Source of the DNA: Candidatus Woesebacteria bacterium
Lineage (GTDB): Bacteria > Patescibacteriota > Microgenomatia > UBA8517
Reading direction: 5' to 3'
Assembly: GCA_003484955.1 (NCBI GenBank)
Contig: DMZH01000001.1
Coordinates: 23,848-87,847 of the forward strand
Length of the DNA: 64,000 nt
Positions within the stretch are counted from its first letter, which is position 1. Every line of letters begins with the position of its first letter. The notes under the pieces are model-generated. The model was not told the DNA's origin, searched no databases, and saw only the letters and a program-made list of their open reading frames with translations. Shown here one piece after another: positions 9,513-17,537 of this stretch. The position numbers and the translations under genes were made by a program.

Positions 9513-9725
9513 TTATTTACCCCCCTTTTTCCAAAGGTAACGGATTGCGGCAACCAAGAGTGACACAACCAAAACCCAAACAATTAAGTGCGCTATCCCG
9601 AAAAATCCGGCAAAAGGCTGCACTCCGCCGTAATAACTTTGCATCATCTGCTTCATATAATCAGGCGCAGAACTCCAATCACCGTTAAAATAATTACCTC
9701 CCATCATTCCCATCATTTTTATCAC
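9513..9725 (-). CDS. Small Met/Gly-rich membrane protein
   Basis: It opens MIKMMGMMGG...YMKQMMQSYYGG, then has one TM (LIVWVLVVSLLVAAI) and ends RYLWKKGGK. Confidence 0.45.
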   Translation of the reverse strand: MIKMMGMMGGNYFNGDWSSAPDYMKQMMQSYYGGVQPFAGFFGIAHLIVWVLVVSLLVAAIRYLWKKGGK

Positions 9726-9749
9726 CCCCTTTAACCAAAAACTAGCAGC

Positions 9750-10592
9750 TCATATAATTTTGCATAATTCATTAATTTCTTTTTCGACTTGAGATATTTT
9801 GGCAGTGTCCAATCCCAAATTCTGTAGTATATCTTTATTATGCAACAATTCTTTACAAAGAACCATATCTTCATTCAAGAGCTGTTGTTTATCCCCTGCA
9901 TCCAGAGTAGTTAAACATGTAACCGGATGTAATCCCGATTGGTCAATGAGCACTTCCAAGCCCTCATTTACAGGGTAGTTCCACCCTATTGGCTTCATAC
10001 CGACACATTGAGCATAAGTAATTGCATCGCTTGTTAATTTGGTATTGGTAACCAACCAAGCCTCATGAAATTTCTGAGTATGATCTTTATTTTTTAACCA
10101 GGCATTTCGCACGTCCTCAAAGCGTGCTTGTATATAAAGAGGTATCTTAACATCCGATTTAGTGCCCGGCTGATTATGGAACTTACACTCGACCATGATA
10201 TGTTGATTTTCTTTCTCGGCTACAACATCAATTTCATGGGAAACACAAATCCCCTGAACAATGACGCCGACTTGAGTGGAAAACCCCTTTGTTTTCAAAA
10301 CCTCACTGACCAACTTTTCAAACGGATGACCTGTCGGACCCAATTCCATAATAGCCCGTTTTAAGGAGTACTTTCCCGCTACCGAGCGATCATGTTTATT
10401 AAGCAGTGAAAACGCGTGCTTGTAGATATCTTGCGTGCTTGCACCGTTTTTGAGTTCTCCCGTAATATGTGAGACTATATTCTCGACAACATCCGGAGAA
10501 GTCCCTACCCGTTCGAGTGAACGGCGCAGTTTATCTTCCGAAAATGGCTCCAGCTCACCCGAGGCTTTTTTAATCAATATTTGTTTATTCAT
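9750..10592 (-). CDS. ATP-cone domain fused to an Mrr-like PD-(D/E)xK restriction endonuclease domain
   Basis: The N-terminal ~90 aa look ATP-cone-like (ILIKKASGELEPFSEDKLRRSL). The C-terminal has EIDVVAEK...VECK, matching D...ExK nuclease motifs. Confidence 0.55.
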   Translation of the reverse strand: MNKQILIKKASGELEPFSEDKLRRSLERVGTSPDVVENIVSHITGELKNGASTQDIYKHAFSLLNKHDRSVAGKYSLKRAIMELGPTGHPFEKLVSEVLKTKGFSTQVGVIVQGICVSHEIDVVAEKENQHIMVECKFHNQPGTKSDVKIPLYIQARFEDVRNAWLKNKDHTQKFHEAWLVTNTKLTSDAITYAQCVGMKPIGWNYPVNEGLEVLIDQSGLHPVTCLTTLDAGDKQQLLNEDMVLCKELLHNKDILQNLGLDTAKISQVEKEINELCKII

Positions 10593-10598
10593 ATCTGT

Positions 10599-11315
10599 CT
10601 ACTTCTTCTTAAAACTTATCGTCCTTGCCCCAACCAAAAATTCATACATTGGTCCCCAGACAAGACCCCATGAGAGCCCCCAAAGCATTTCTGTCCAAGG
10701 TATGTGTTTAAAAATAATTATCCCCTGCTCCGTTCCCGACAGTTTCCAGATTCTCTCTACCCAAAAGTGACTTTGAGGGAAAAACTCCTGTCCCAAGAAA
10801 TAGATTATAAACATTGTACCGGCTACCAAAAATGCTGAACCTACAGCATGAATTAACAAATCCGGCCGCAAAACTAACATAACTATCGCAAATATAACCA
10901 TTCCAATAGAACTCGCATAAATTGAGTTTAAGCCTAATAAGTTATTCAAAATAATCATGGCAAACCCTTCTATTGCAAAAAAGACCAATAAAAACAGTTC
11001 ATGCCTTCCTTTTTTCTCCACACATTTACAAACACCTCTTACAAATAAAGACTCATAGGCAAAGGCCCCTATCCCTCCGATGGAAAATCCAAAGAGTAAA
11101 TCTTCAACTCCGCCAATAATCGGTAACGGCAATGCGATTTCAGGCTTCCAATAATCCGCAAAATACCAGATCTCAGAAATCGGGCCAAATGAAGCCGTAA
11201 TCAAGCTCATAATCAACATCGGACGCCTTAGGCTTTTTACTCTCCAGTAGATAAATAACCACACAGCCAGAAAGAAAAAATTCGCAATGAGATAAGTATA
11301 TTTGTAATTAGCCAT
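10599..11315 (-). CDS. Polytopic membrane protein, lycopene-cyclase-domain (CrtYcd)-like
   Basis: It has multiple TM helices. Two acidic motifs in loop regions (GGVEDLLFGF, GPMYEFLVG) resemble the PxE(E/D) repeats of this family. This is a weak call. It overlaps the ABC ATPase gene by 8 nt. Confidence 0.35.
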   Translation of the reverse strand: MANYKYTYLIANFFFLAVWLFIYWRVKSLRRPMLIMSLITASFGPISEIWYFADYWKPEIALPLPIIGGVEDLLFGFSIGGIGAFAYESLFVRGVCKCVEKKGRHELFLLVFFAIEGFAMIILNNLLGLNSIYASSIGMVIFAIVMLVLRPDLLIHAVGSAFLVAGTMFIIYFLGQEFFPQSHFWVERIWKLSGTEQGIIIFKHIPWTEMLWGLSWGLVWGPMYEFLVGARTISFKKK

Positions 11316-12153
11316 TATAATTGGTCTGATTTAAGTTACCGACAAACTTTTCAGGTTCTTTTTTGAATTCGTTCATACACCCCTCGGAGCAAAAAAAGTA
11401 TTCTTTCCCCTTAATGGTCGTTTTATTAGCCCCTTTTTCTATGCTCATTCCACATACAGGATCGGTTGTCATTTTACCTATTTCTTTAAATATGCCATCT
11501 TCAAGCCATAGGATTCTATCCGCCACATCTCTGATTCTATTGTCATGAGAGACGATAAGAACGCTTTTTCCTTTCTTTTTGGCGACTTCTCTTAGGAGTT
11601 CCATTACTTCGTGTCCGACTTTAGAATCCAAGTTAGCTGTCGGCTCATCGGCCAAAATTATATCCGGGTCATTAACCAGAGCCCGTGCAATTGCCACCCT
11701 TTGTTTCTCTCCTCCGGAAAGATTTGCCGGAATATCGTTCATTCTGTCTGCCAATCCCAAACGCTTCAGAATCTCTTCGGACTTTTCTACCGCATTACCC
11801 CCATTTCCGGCAAATTCCGCAACCACCTGAACATTTTCTTTTGCAGTTAGGGAAGCCAAAAGAAGAAATTGCTGAAAAATAAAGCCTACCTCGGAAAGTC
11901 TTTTTTTGGTTAATATGTCCTCACCCATTCCGCCAATATCACTTCCGTTTAAAATAACTTTACCTGAGGTTGCCTTTAGTATCCCTCCACCTATTGAAAG
12001 GAGAGTCGTTTTACCGGAACCTGAAGGTCCCATTATTAAAACAATTTCTCCCTTTTTAACTTCCAGATCGACTCCGTTGAGCGCTTTCACCTGGGCATGA
12101 CCTTCACCAAACGCCTTGGTTATTTTGTGTAAGTCTAAAATTATGTTTGTCAT
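11308..12153 (-). CDS. ABC transporter ATP-binding protein (MacB/LolD type) with a C-terminal YHS metal-binding domain
   Basis: Walker A reads GPSGSGKTT, the signature is LSGGEKQRVAIARAL and Walker B is ILADEPTANLD. The C-terminal 45 aa read DPVCGMSIEKGANKTTIKGKEYFFCSEGCMNEFKKEPEKF, matching the YHS/TRASH pattern. Confidence 0.85.
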   Translation of the reverse strand: MTNIILDLHKITKAFGEGHAQVKALNGVDLEVKKGEIVLIMGPSGSGKTTLLSIGGGILKATSGKVILNGSDIGGMGEDILTKKRLSEVGFIFQQFLLLASLTAKENVQVVAEFAGNGGNAVEKSEEILKRLGLADRMNDIPANLSGGEKQRVAIARALVNDPDIILADEPTANLDSKVGHEVMELLREVAKKKGKSVLIVSHDNRIRDVADRILWLEDGIFKEIGKMTTDPVCGMSIEKGANKTTIKGKEYFFCSEGCMNEFKKEPEKFVGNLNQTNYNG

Positions 12154-12176
12154 GACAAAGTTGTCACAAACTCCGT

Positions 12177-13340
12177 CTATGATCTAAAAACCATAGCGGG
12201 ATCTGTTTTGGCAATTCTTGTTATTGGAATATAGGTCGCAACAAAGCTCATGATAATTGAGGAAGCAAATGCCAAAAGATATATTTGTAAGTTAAATTCC
12301 ACAACCATATTGATTACATCCACCACCAACTTCGAAACCAAGAAAGCCAGTATTACACCAAAAATATAACCAATAATCGATGACCACAGGGCTTGTTCAA
12401 AAACAATCAAAAAAAGTTTCTTTCTGGAGGCGCCGATAGCTTTCAGGACACCATATTCCTTTATTTTTTCCATTGTTGCCGTGTAAATAGTCAACCCCAC
12501 AACAACCGCTCCCGTAGCAAAACCGATAATTGTAATTACAAAAATAATCGGGACAAATGTATCCATTAAAGCTTTAGCATTGCTCTTGGCAAAGTCGCTT
12601 TTTTTATAAGCGGTGATTCCCGGAATGTTTGACTCCAATTTCTCCGCTATTTCTGAAGCACGGGAGGGATCGGTCAATGAAATGAGGATGAAATTCGCCC
12701 TGCCTTTTTGCCGCAAAATTTCCTGCGCTTCATCCAAATCAACAAATGCCCTTGTATAAAGCATCATGTTGTTTTTATCCGTAATTCCGACAATAGTGAA
12801 TACCTCATCAAATACTTCGACCGAATCGCCAATTGTAAGTCCGTTTTGTTTGGAAAAAACCCTATCAACGATAATTTCGCGTTTTCCGGGAGTTTTGGTT
12901 CCGGACAAAAGTATCGGCGGGCCCCCGACACCCGTTTCCGTATCAAAACCCATGAGGGTGATTGTTGCCTTTTTTGCTTTTTTATTTTCACCTTTCTTGC
13001 GTCCCGCAAAGTCTACGATTTTACTTCCGTCTTCTTCCCTAACCCGGACATTTGTGGTTCTATTTACAAGACCATATACTTTTCCGCCGCTTATGGTTTC
13101 CACTTGGCTCATTTTGTTTGCATCAAGAAGCGAAAAAGTGTGTGACATGTCGGTTACACCCTCCTGAGCGATAACCAAATCTGCAGCGAAACTCTCAACA
13201 TAATCTATAAGAAGTCTGTTGAAAGCATTATAGATACCAAGAAGAAATACTATCAGGAGAATCGAAAAGGCTACACCCCCAACCGAAACAAAGAATCTGG
13301 TTTTTTCAGCAAATAAATTTTTGCGGGCGATACTCACCAT
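12177..13340 (-). CDS. ABC transporter permease, FtsX/MacB family
   Basis: An N-terminal TM is followed by a large extracytoplasmic domain and a C-terminal FtsX-like 3-TM bundle. It overlaps the adaptor gene by 7 nt. Confidence 0.8.
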   Translation of the reverse strand: MVSIARKNLFAEKTRFFVSVGGVAFSILLIVFLLGIYNAFNRLLIDYVESFAADLVIAQEGVTDMSHTFSLLDANKMSQVETISGGKVYGLVNRTTNVRVREEDGSKIVDFAGRKKGENKKAKKATITLMGFDTETGVGGPPILLSGTKTPGKREIIVDRVFSKQNGLTIGDSVEVFDEVFTIVGITDKNNMMLYTRAFVDLDEAQEILRQKGRANFILISLTDPSRASEIAEKLESNIPGITAYKKSDFAKSNAKALMDTFVPIIFVITIIGFATGAVVVGLTIYTATMEKIKEYGVLKAIGASRKKLFLIVFEQALWSSIIGYIFGVILAFLVSKLVVDVINMVVEFNLQIYLLAFASSIIMSFVATYIPITRIAKTDPAMVFRS

Positions 13341-14338
13341 CTGATTATTTCTCCATCCTCAACTCCTTCCAGAACTTCCCAATTTACACCGTCAAAGATT
13401 CCAAGTTTTATCTTCTTCTCACCTAAACCGGTTTTAACAAAACTATTCCCTCCATTTTTGTAGACAGCTTCTTTTGGAACCAGTAAAACATCTTTCCTAT
13501 CTTCAAGTGTAATTTCCGTATCTCCGTTTATTCCGATGATCGGCTTTTCGGGAAAGTTTTCAAGTTTTATTCTGACACCGACAACGTCACCACCTTCAGT
13601 TTGAGTCACGGACTGTGCAATATAATAAACTTCACCATCAAATTTTCTATCCGGATATGCATCGAAAGAAACTACTGCCTTTTGACCGACTTTTACATTC
13701 TGTATATTCTCTTCGTCTACCTCTGCCGAAAAGTAAACCGTGTCAGGATCAATCAAGACTATTCCGGGTTCCAGAGAAAATGCTGAAACCCATTCGTTAA
13801 CTTCTAAACTTTGAGTTATAACAACACCCGAAAAAGGAGCATAAAGTGCACTATCGGTGATAGACTTTTTAGCACTCTCCACAGATTTTACTGCTTTATC
13901 TTTTTTTACTTCCGCTTGAGTTCTTGTTTGTTTTTGAGTGTAGGTTTCATCCGTATCGTGTCCTTTAACCTCATCATATATTTTGGCAAGCTCTGCCTCT
14001 GCTTGACGCAAATCGTCTTGTGCGCGGCCTAAAGACAAAGACAGCTCTTCTACGTCAAGACGGGCCAGAACTTCATCTTTCTTAACCTGATCTCCCTCAG
14101 AAGCTTCGACCGAATCCACCCGTCCCGTTGCCTTAAATGAAAGTTCTGCTTTTTTTTCGGCATCAAGTTTTCCGGAAGCCGATAAAAAAGAGCGTATATC
14201 GCCCCTGCCTATTTTACCCTCATTTTTCGGATTTACCTGAATTAAAAAATAAGCCAGAAGCACGGCTAGAACGAGTCCAATCAGGATAAAAGGCTTTTTG
14301 AAAAAAACTTTCATTTTTAGAATAATACCTGTCTTCAT
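13334..14338 (-). CDS. Periplasmic adaptor (HlyD/MacA membrane fusion protein family)
   Basis: It has a signal/anchor, a coiled-coil-rich region (LRQAEAELAKIYDEV) and a beta-barrel C-terminus. It forms an operon with the MacB-like permease and ATPase. Confidence 0.75.
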   Translation of the reverse strand: MKTGIILKMKVFFKKPFILIGLVLAVLLAYFLIQVNPKNEGKIGRGDIRSFLSASGKLDAEKKAELSFKATGRVDSVEASEGDQVKKDEVLARLDVEELSLSLGRAQDDLRQAEAELAKIYDEVKGHDTDETYTQKQTRTQAEVKKDKAVKSVESAKKSITDSALYAPFSGVVITQSLEVNEWVSAFSLEPGIVLIDPDTVYFSAEVDEENIQNVKVGQKAVVSFDAYPDRKFDGEVYYIAQSVTQTEGGDVVGVRIKLENFPEKPIIGINGDTEITLEDRKDVLLVPKEAVYKNGGNSFVKTGLGEKKIKLGIFDGVNWEVLEGVEDGEIIRW

Positions 14339-15366
14339 ACAAAGCTTGCGGTGATACCCAAAGATTGGTCAGTTTTTTGAATAGATTTTTGAGGATCCTG
14401 CTCAATGCCTGAGATTGCTCTGATGGCATCTATATTTTCAGGAATAACTATTGCCTCATTGTGAACTTGATAATAAAAAGCGACGTCCTTGCCCTCCACA
14501 TGCAATAAATCCTCCCAAAATGCGACTTCCCACATATCCGCCCTTGGCCTACCCAAATCCCGCATGAGTTCAGCCAATTGATTCTCTGCCGTCAGTCCGT
14601 CTTTATAGTTAACAGCAACCACCCTCGGACTTGATTTCAAAATTTTTACCACATCATCCTTAGACATCTCCTGATTTAGACGCAGAAAAGCCAAATGAAG
14701 ATGCCCTATTGTGGTCGGAACAGCAATCGCTACCGATAGAATATTTAAGTTCGGTATAACTGTTTGGGCATCCGGTCCTTGATGAGAAGGAATCGAATCT
14801 TCCAAAACTATTGTTCCCAAAGGGCCTTTTAAGTGTGAATCAATGGGGTCTGTCCCGCGCCTTGCCAGTGCCACGTATGCCTTTTCAAGAATCCCTTTTT
14901 GGGTAAACGGGAAAAGAACTCTACAAATCGCCGTAGTATTGCAGGAAACCACTCTTAGACTTTCCTTTCCTATAGCATCTTTATAATTTACCTCCGAAAC
15001 AAAAGAAAATCCGGTAGTGTCGTGCGCTTCTCCCCCCTGAAATATTGATTTAACCTTAGCAGTATCATATTTTGCCTTGTTTTCTTTTCCTATTCCTGCC
15101 GGAGTTGCATCAATTACTACATCTATACTGTTCATGAAATGATCAAAATCACCATTACATCTTACCTGCGCTTTCATTAAATTGCTGCAGGCCTCGGTGT
15201 CTGCTCCAAATATTCTGATTCCTTTTTTGTTTGCAGAAAATAATCGATAATCAGGAGTCCTTGCGGTTACTCCGATAAGTTCCATATCATCTTGCAGTAG
15301 AACAGCATCGGCAATTCTTTTTCCGATTACACCATAACCATTAATACCGACTTTTATTTTATCCAT
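14335..15366 (-). CDS. gap: Glyceraldehyde-3-phosphate dehydrogenase, archaeal type II
   Basis: VGINGYGVIGKRIADAV is the NAD-binding motif. The catalytic SCNTTAI is present. The length and pattern fit archaeal-type GAPDH. Confidence 0.8.
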   Translation of the reverse strand: MDKIKVGINGYGVIGKRIADAVLLQDDMELIGVTARTPDYRLFSANKKGIRIFGADTEACSNLMKAQVRCNGDFDHFMNSIDVVIDATPAGIGKENKAKYDTAKVKSIFQGGEAHDTTGFSFVSEVNYKDAIGKESLRVVSCNTTAICRVLFPFTQKGILEKAYVALARRGTDPIDSHLKGPLGTIVLEDSIPSHQGPDAQTVIPNLNILSVAIAVPTTIGHLHLAFLRLNQEMSKDDVVKILKSSPRVVAVNYKDGLTAENQLAELMRDLGRPRADMWEVAFWEDLLHVEGKDVAFYYQVHNEAIVIPENIDAIRAISGIEQDPQKSIQKTDQSLGITASFV

Positions 15367-15369
15367 AAA

Positions 15370-15525
15370 TTAACAACATCCTTTCTTCTCTTTTGATTTC
15401 TCAAGGTCTGACTTTCCAAGTTTATATAAATATCTGCCGACTAAAGACTTGGGAACTACATCTTCCTTTACGTCAGATCCTTTAATCTTACCTTTTTTTG
15501 AATGATTTGAACAACAATCAGACAT
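15370..15525 (-). CDS. Unannotated 51-aa Lys-rich peptide with terminal Cys pairs (MSDCC...KKGCC)
   Basis: I translated it by hand from the minus strand: MSDCCSNHSKKGKIKGSDVKEDVVPKSLVGRYLYKLGKSDLEKSKEKKGCC. The ATG lies 5 nt after the stop of the YHS gene. It falls below the 60-aa track cutoff. Confidence 0.35.
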   Translation of the reverse strand: MSDCCSNHSKKGKIKGSDVKEDVVPKSLVGRYLYKLGKSDLEKSKEKKGCC

Positions 15526-15530
15526 AATAA

Positions 15531-15725
15531 TTACTTGCCTTTTCTAAACTTTTCCCTTTCTTCCTCGGGAACCCAATAATCGGGATATGCGTCAAATAAG
15601 TGTTTATCGTTTTCCGTGTCAAAATAATACACCTTCCCTAAAAACTCCGATGAAAACTTCATTCGGGATTTGGGCATAACCATCCCACACACGACATCTT
15701 TTACCATTTCTTCCGGATTGTCCAT
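15531..15725 (-). CDS. YHS-domain small protein
   Basis: DVVCGMVMPKSRMKFSSEFLGKVYYFDTENDKHLFDAYPDYW matches the YHS pattern. The start is trimmed to the ATG at 15725, which overlaps the upstream stop by 1 nt. Confidence 0.6.
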   Translation of the reverse strand: MDNPEEMVKDVVCGMVMPKSRMKFSSEFLGKVYYFDTENDKHLFDAYPDYWVPEEEREKFRKGK

Positions 15726-15982
15726 TACTTTGTAAATCGATTGTAGAGCCAGGCAAACAGCCATCCTGTGAGCCAGGAAACGACCGTAAAGCTAACAAGT
15801 CCCAACAAAAATCCTTCCGGTGCACTTTTCCAAACTCCGCTCAGGTCTAACATATGCATCCAGCTTTCCGCCACGGATTTATATAAACCAGGAAGCCAGG
15901 AGGCAACCACAAAACAGCCTACAAAATAAATAGCTCCGAGTAAACCACTGGCATTTGCAAAGGCAGATTCTTTTAATTTCAT
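15725..15982 (-). CDS. Small two-helix membrane protein
   Basis: It has two hydrophobic helices and is co-directional and contiguous with the YHS gene. Confidence 0.4.
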   Translation of the reverse strand: MKLKESAFANASGLLGAIYFVGCFVVASWLPGLYKSVAESWMHMLDLSGVWKSAPEGFLLGLVSFTVVSWLTGWLFAWLYNRFTK

Positions 15983-15999
15983 TTATCTCACCCCCTTTT

Positions 16000-16857
16000 T
16001 TATAATTCCCAATTGAAAACTACATTTTTACCGTCTATCCCTTTTATGTTAAGCCCCACGCTTGAGGCTTTACCGGACAACTTATTAAAAACCAGATCTC
16101 CCGAAACATGATGCCCCGCGCTTTCCCCCGTCCATTTTACAGGCTTGTAGATGTTACCCGTGTCATCAACCACAACTACTATCTTTGTATAGTCATAGTT
16201 TAGATCAATTGAATGATTATCGAGTGAAACCGTAAAAACCATTTCTCGCCCACGAGCCAGTTGTTTGGGGGTTATTTCCATATCCACAACACCAACCTGC
16301 TTTACCTGAGCCTCCATCGGATTTACTTTTACGCTGGCGCCAAGTGAGGACGGCTTTTTGGCAAACACATCTTTTGTTATAGTAAACACGCCGAAAGCCA
16401 GAACCAAGACGGCTGATGACATAAATAAATATTTAAAGACGGGTTTATCCGTAAGACGCATAAGTTTGGCCATATAAAAAATTCCCAGAATATTCATAAG
16501 TACGCCAAAAATCAAAAAGTCTTTCTGATAGGCAGTTAAGACCAAACCCAAAGCCGACACTCCCAAGATCGGCAAAAGATCACTGGCATGGTGAACACAA
16601 CAAAGAAGCATTGAAACACCGGACACTGTCGATGAACTTCCAACCAGACGGAAACCCTTCCGGACAAGCTGAAAAAGACCCATCTGCACACCGAAGCTTA
16701 ATATGAGGAGACTTATCCAGGGCTGCAAGATTACAAACTGATCAAGCGAATGACTAATGCCTCCACTCAATAAAGAACTCAGAAGGAAATAAAAAAGTGC
16801 CAGTCCCAATGATCCAAAAATTGACCATTTAGTAAAAATTTGCCAAGGTTTTGTCAT
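16000..16857 (-). CDS. Membrane protein with a C-terminal extracytoplasmic beta-rich domain
   Basis: It has ~5 TM helices including LLCCVHHASD. The C-terminal ~110 aa are soluble and contain HH. It overlaps the SCO1-like gene by 4 nt. Confidence 0.5.
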   Translation of the reverse strand: MTKPWQIFTKWSIFGSLGLALFYFLLSSLLSGGISHSLDQFVILQPWISLLILSFGVQMGLFQLVRKGFRLVGSSSTVSGVSMLLCCVHHASDLLPILGVSALGLVLTAYQKDFLIFGVLMNILGIFYMAKLMRLTDKPVFKYLFMSSAVLVLAFGVFTITKDVFAKKPSSLGASVKVNPMEAQVKQVGVVDMEITPKQLARGREMVFTVSLDNHSIDLNYDYTKIVVVVDDTGNIYKPVKWTGESAGHHVSGDLVFNKLSGKASSVGLNIKGIDGKNVVFNWEL

Positions 16858-17531
16858 TTATTCAGTTTTGAAATGTTTGTGAGAAGTTCCTTGTTGTTTA
16901 TCCTCATATCCGGATCGTCTTTTTCATAGCGTATAACCCCATCTCTATCAACAACTACATATGTATGCCCCGGAAATTGGCCCCTGTGCATCGAGGAATC
17001 AACTGTCAAGACCCCGTAACTTTCCGAAACTTTTCTGTCAGAATCAAGTAAGACCGTGGCTGAGGCAATTTTTGGATCCTCCCTGACTACACCATCCCAA
17101 TCGGCTTTTGAATCTACAACGACAACCAAAACAACGGTATTCTCCTTTGAAAATCCTGAATCTTTTGTAAAAGCATTTATTTGATCCCAGCAGGAAGGAG
17201 CACACATGGCTCCCTCACTGAAAAACAAAACCACATTCTTTCCCTTAAAACTTGCAAGATCAACTTCGCGTCCGTCATATGACTGAAGTTTAAAGAGAGG
17301 AGCCGGAGAGCCCAGAAGTGATTGAAATTTGGTATTATCAGCGGGTGGGGGCGGAGCATGCATACCTGCCATATCATCCACCTCAGCCGGCGTTGTCGAA
17401 GCGCCCGCAATTTTACTGTTGCCGGATTTAAGAAGATCCAGTGCCAATATTGCCACAACCAATACCGCGATAAATCCAAGCGCGATTCCGGCTGAAATTA
17501 AAACCTGTTTAATGCTTATACTCTCTTCCAT
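16854..17531 (-). CDS. Membrane-anchored thioredoxin-fold protein, SCO1/SenC-like (CxxxC)
   Basis: A TM anchor is followed by FFSEGAMCAPSCWDQ, a C-x3-C like the SCO1 CPDVC motif rather than a thioredoxin CxxC. A downstream His is in HTYVVVDRDG. Confidence 0.5.
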   Translation of the reverse strand: MEESISIKQVLISAGIALGFIAVLVVAILALDLLKSGNSKIAGASTTPAEVDDMAGMHAPPPPADNTKFQSLLGSPAPLFKLQSYDGREVDLASFKGKNVVLFFSEGAMCAPSCWDQINAFTKDSGFSKENTVVLVVVVDSKADWDGVVREDPKIASATVLLDSDRKVSESYGVLTVDSSMHRGQFPGHTYVVVDRDGVIRYEKDDPDMRINNKELLTNISKLNK

Positions 17532-17537
17532 AATTTT

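Noticed and set aside
12708-13167. Plus-strand ORFs overlap the FtsX-like permease gene.
   Set aside because: They are shadow ORFs opposite a well-supported membrane protein gene.
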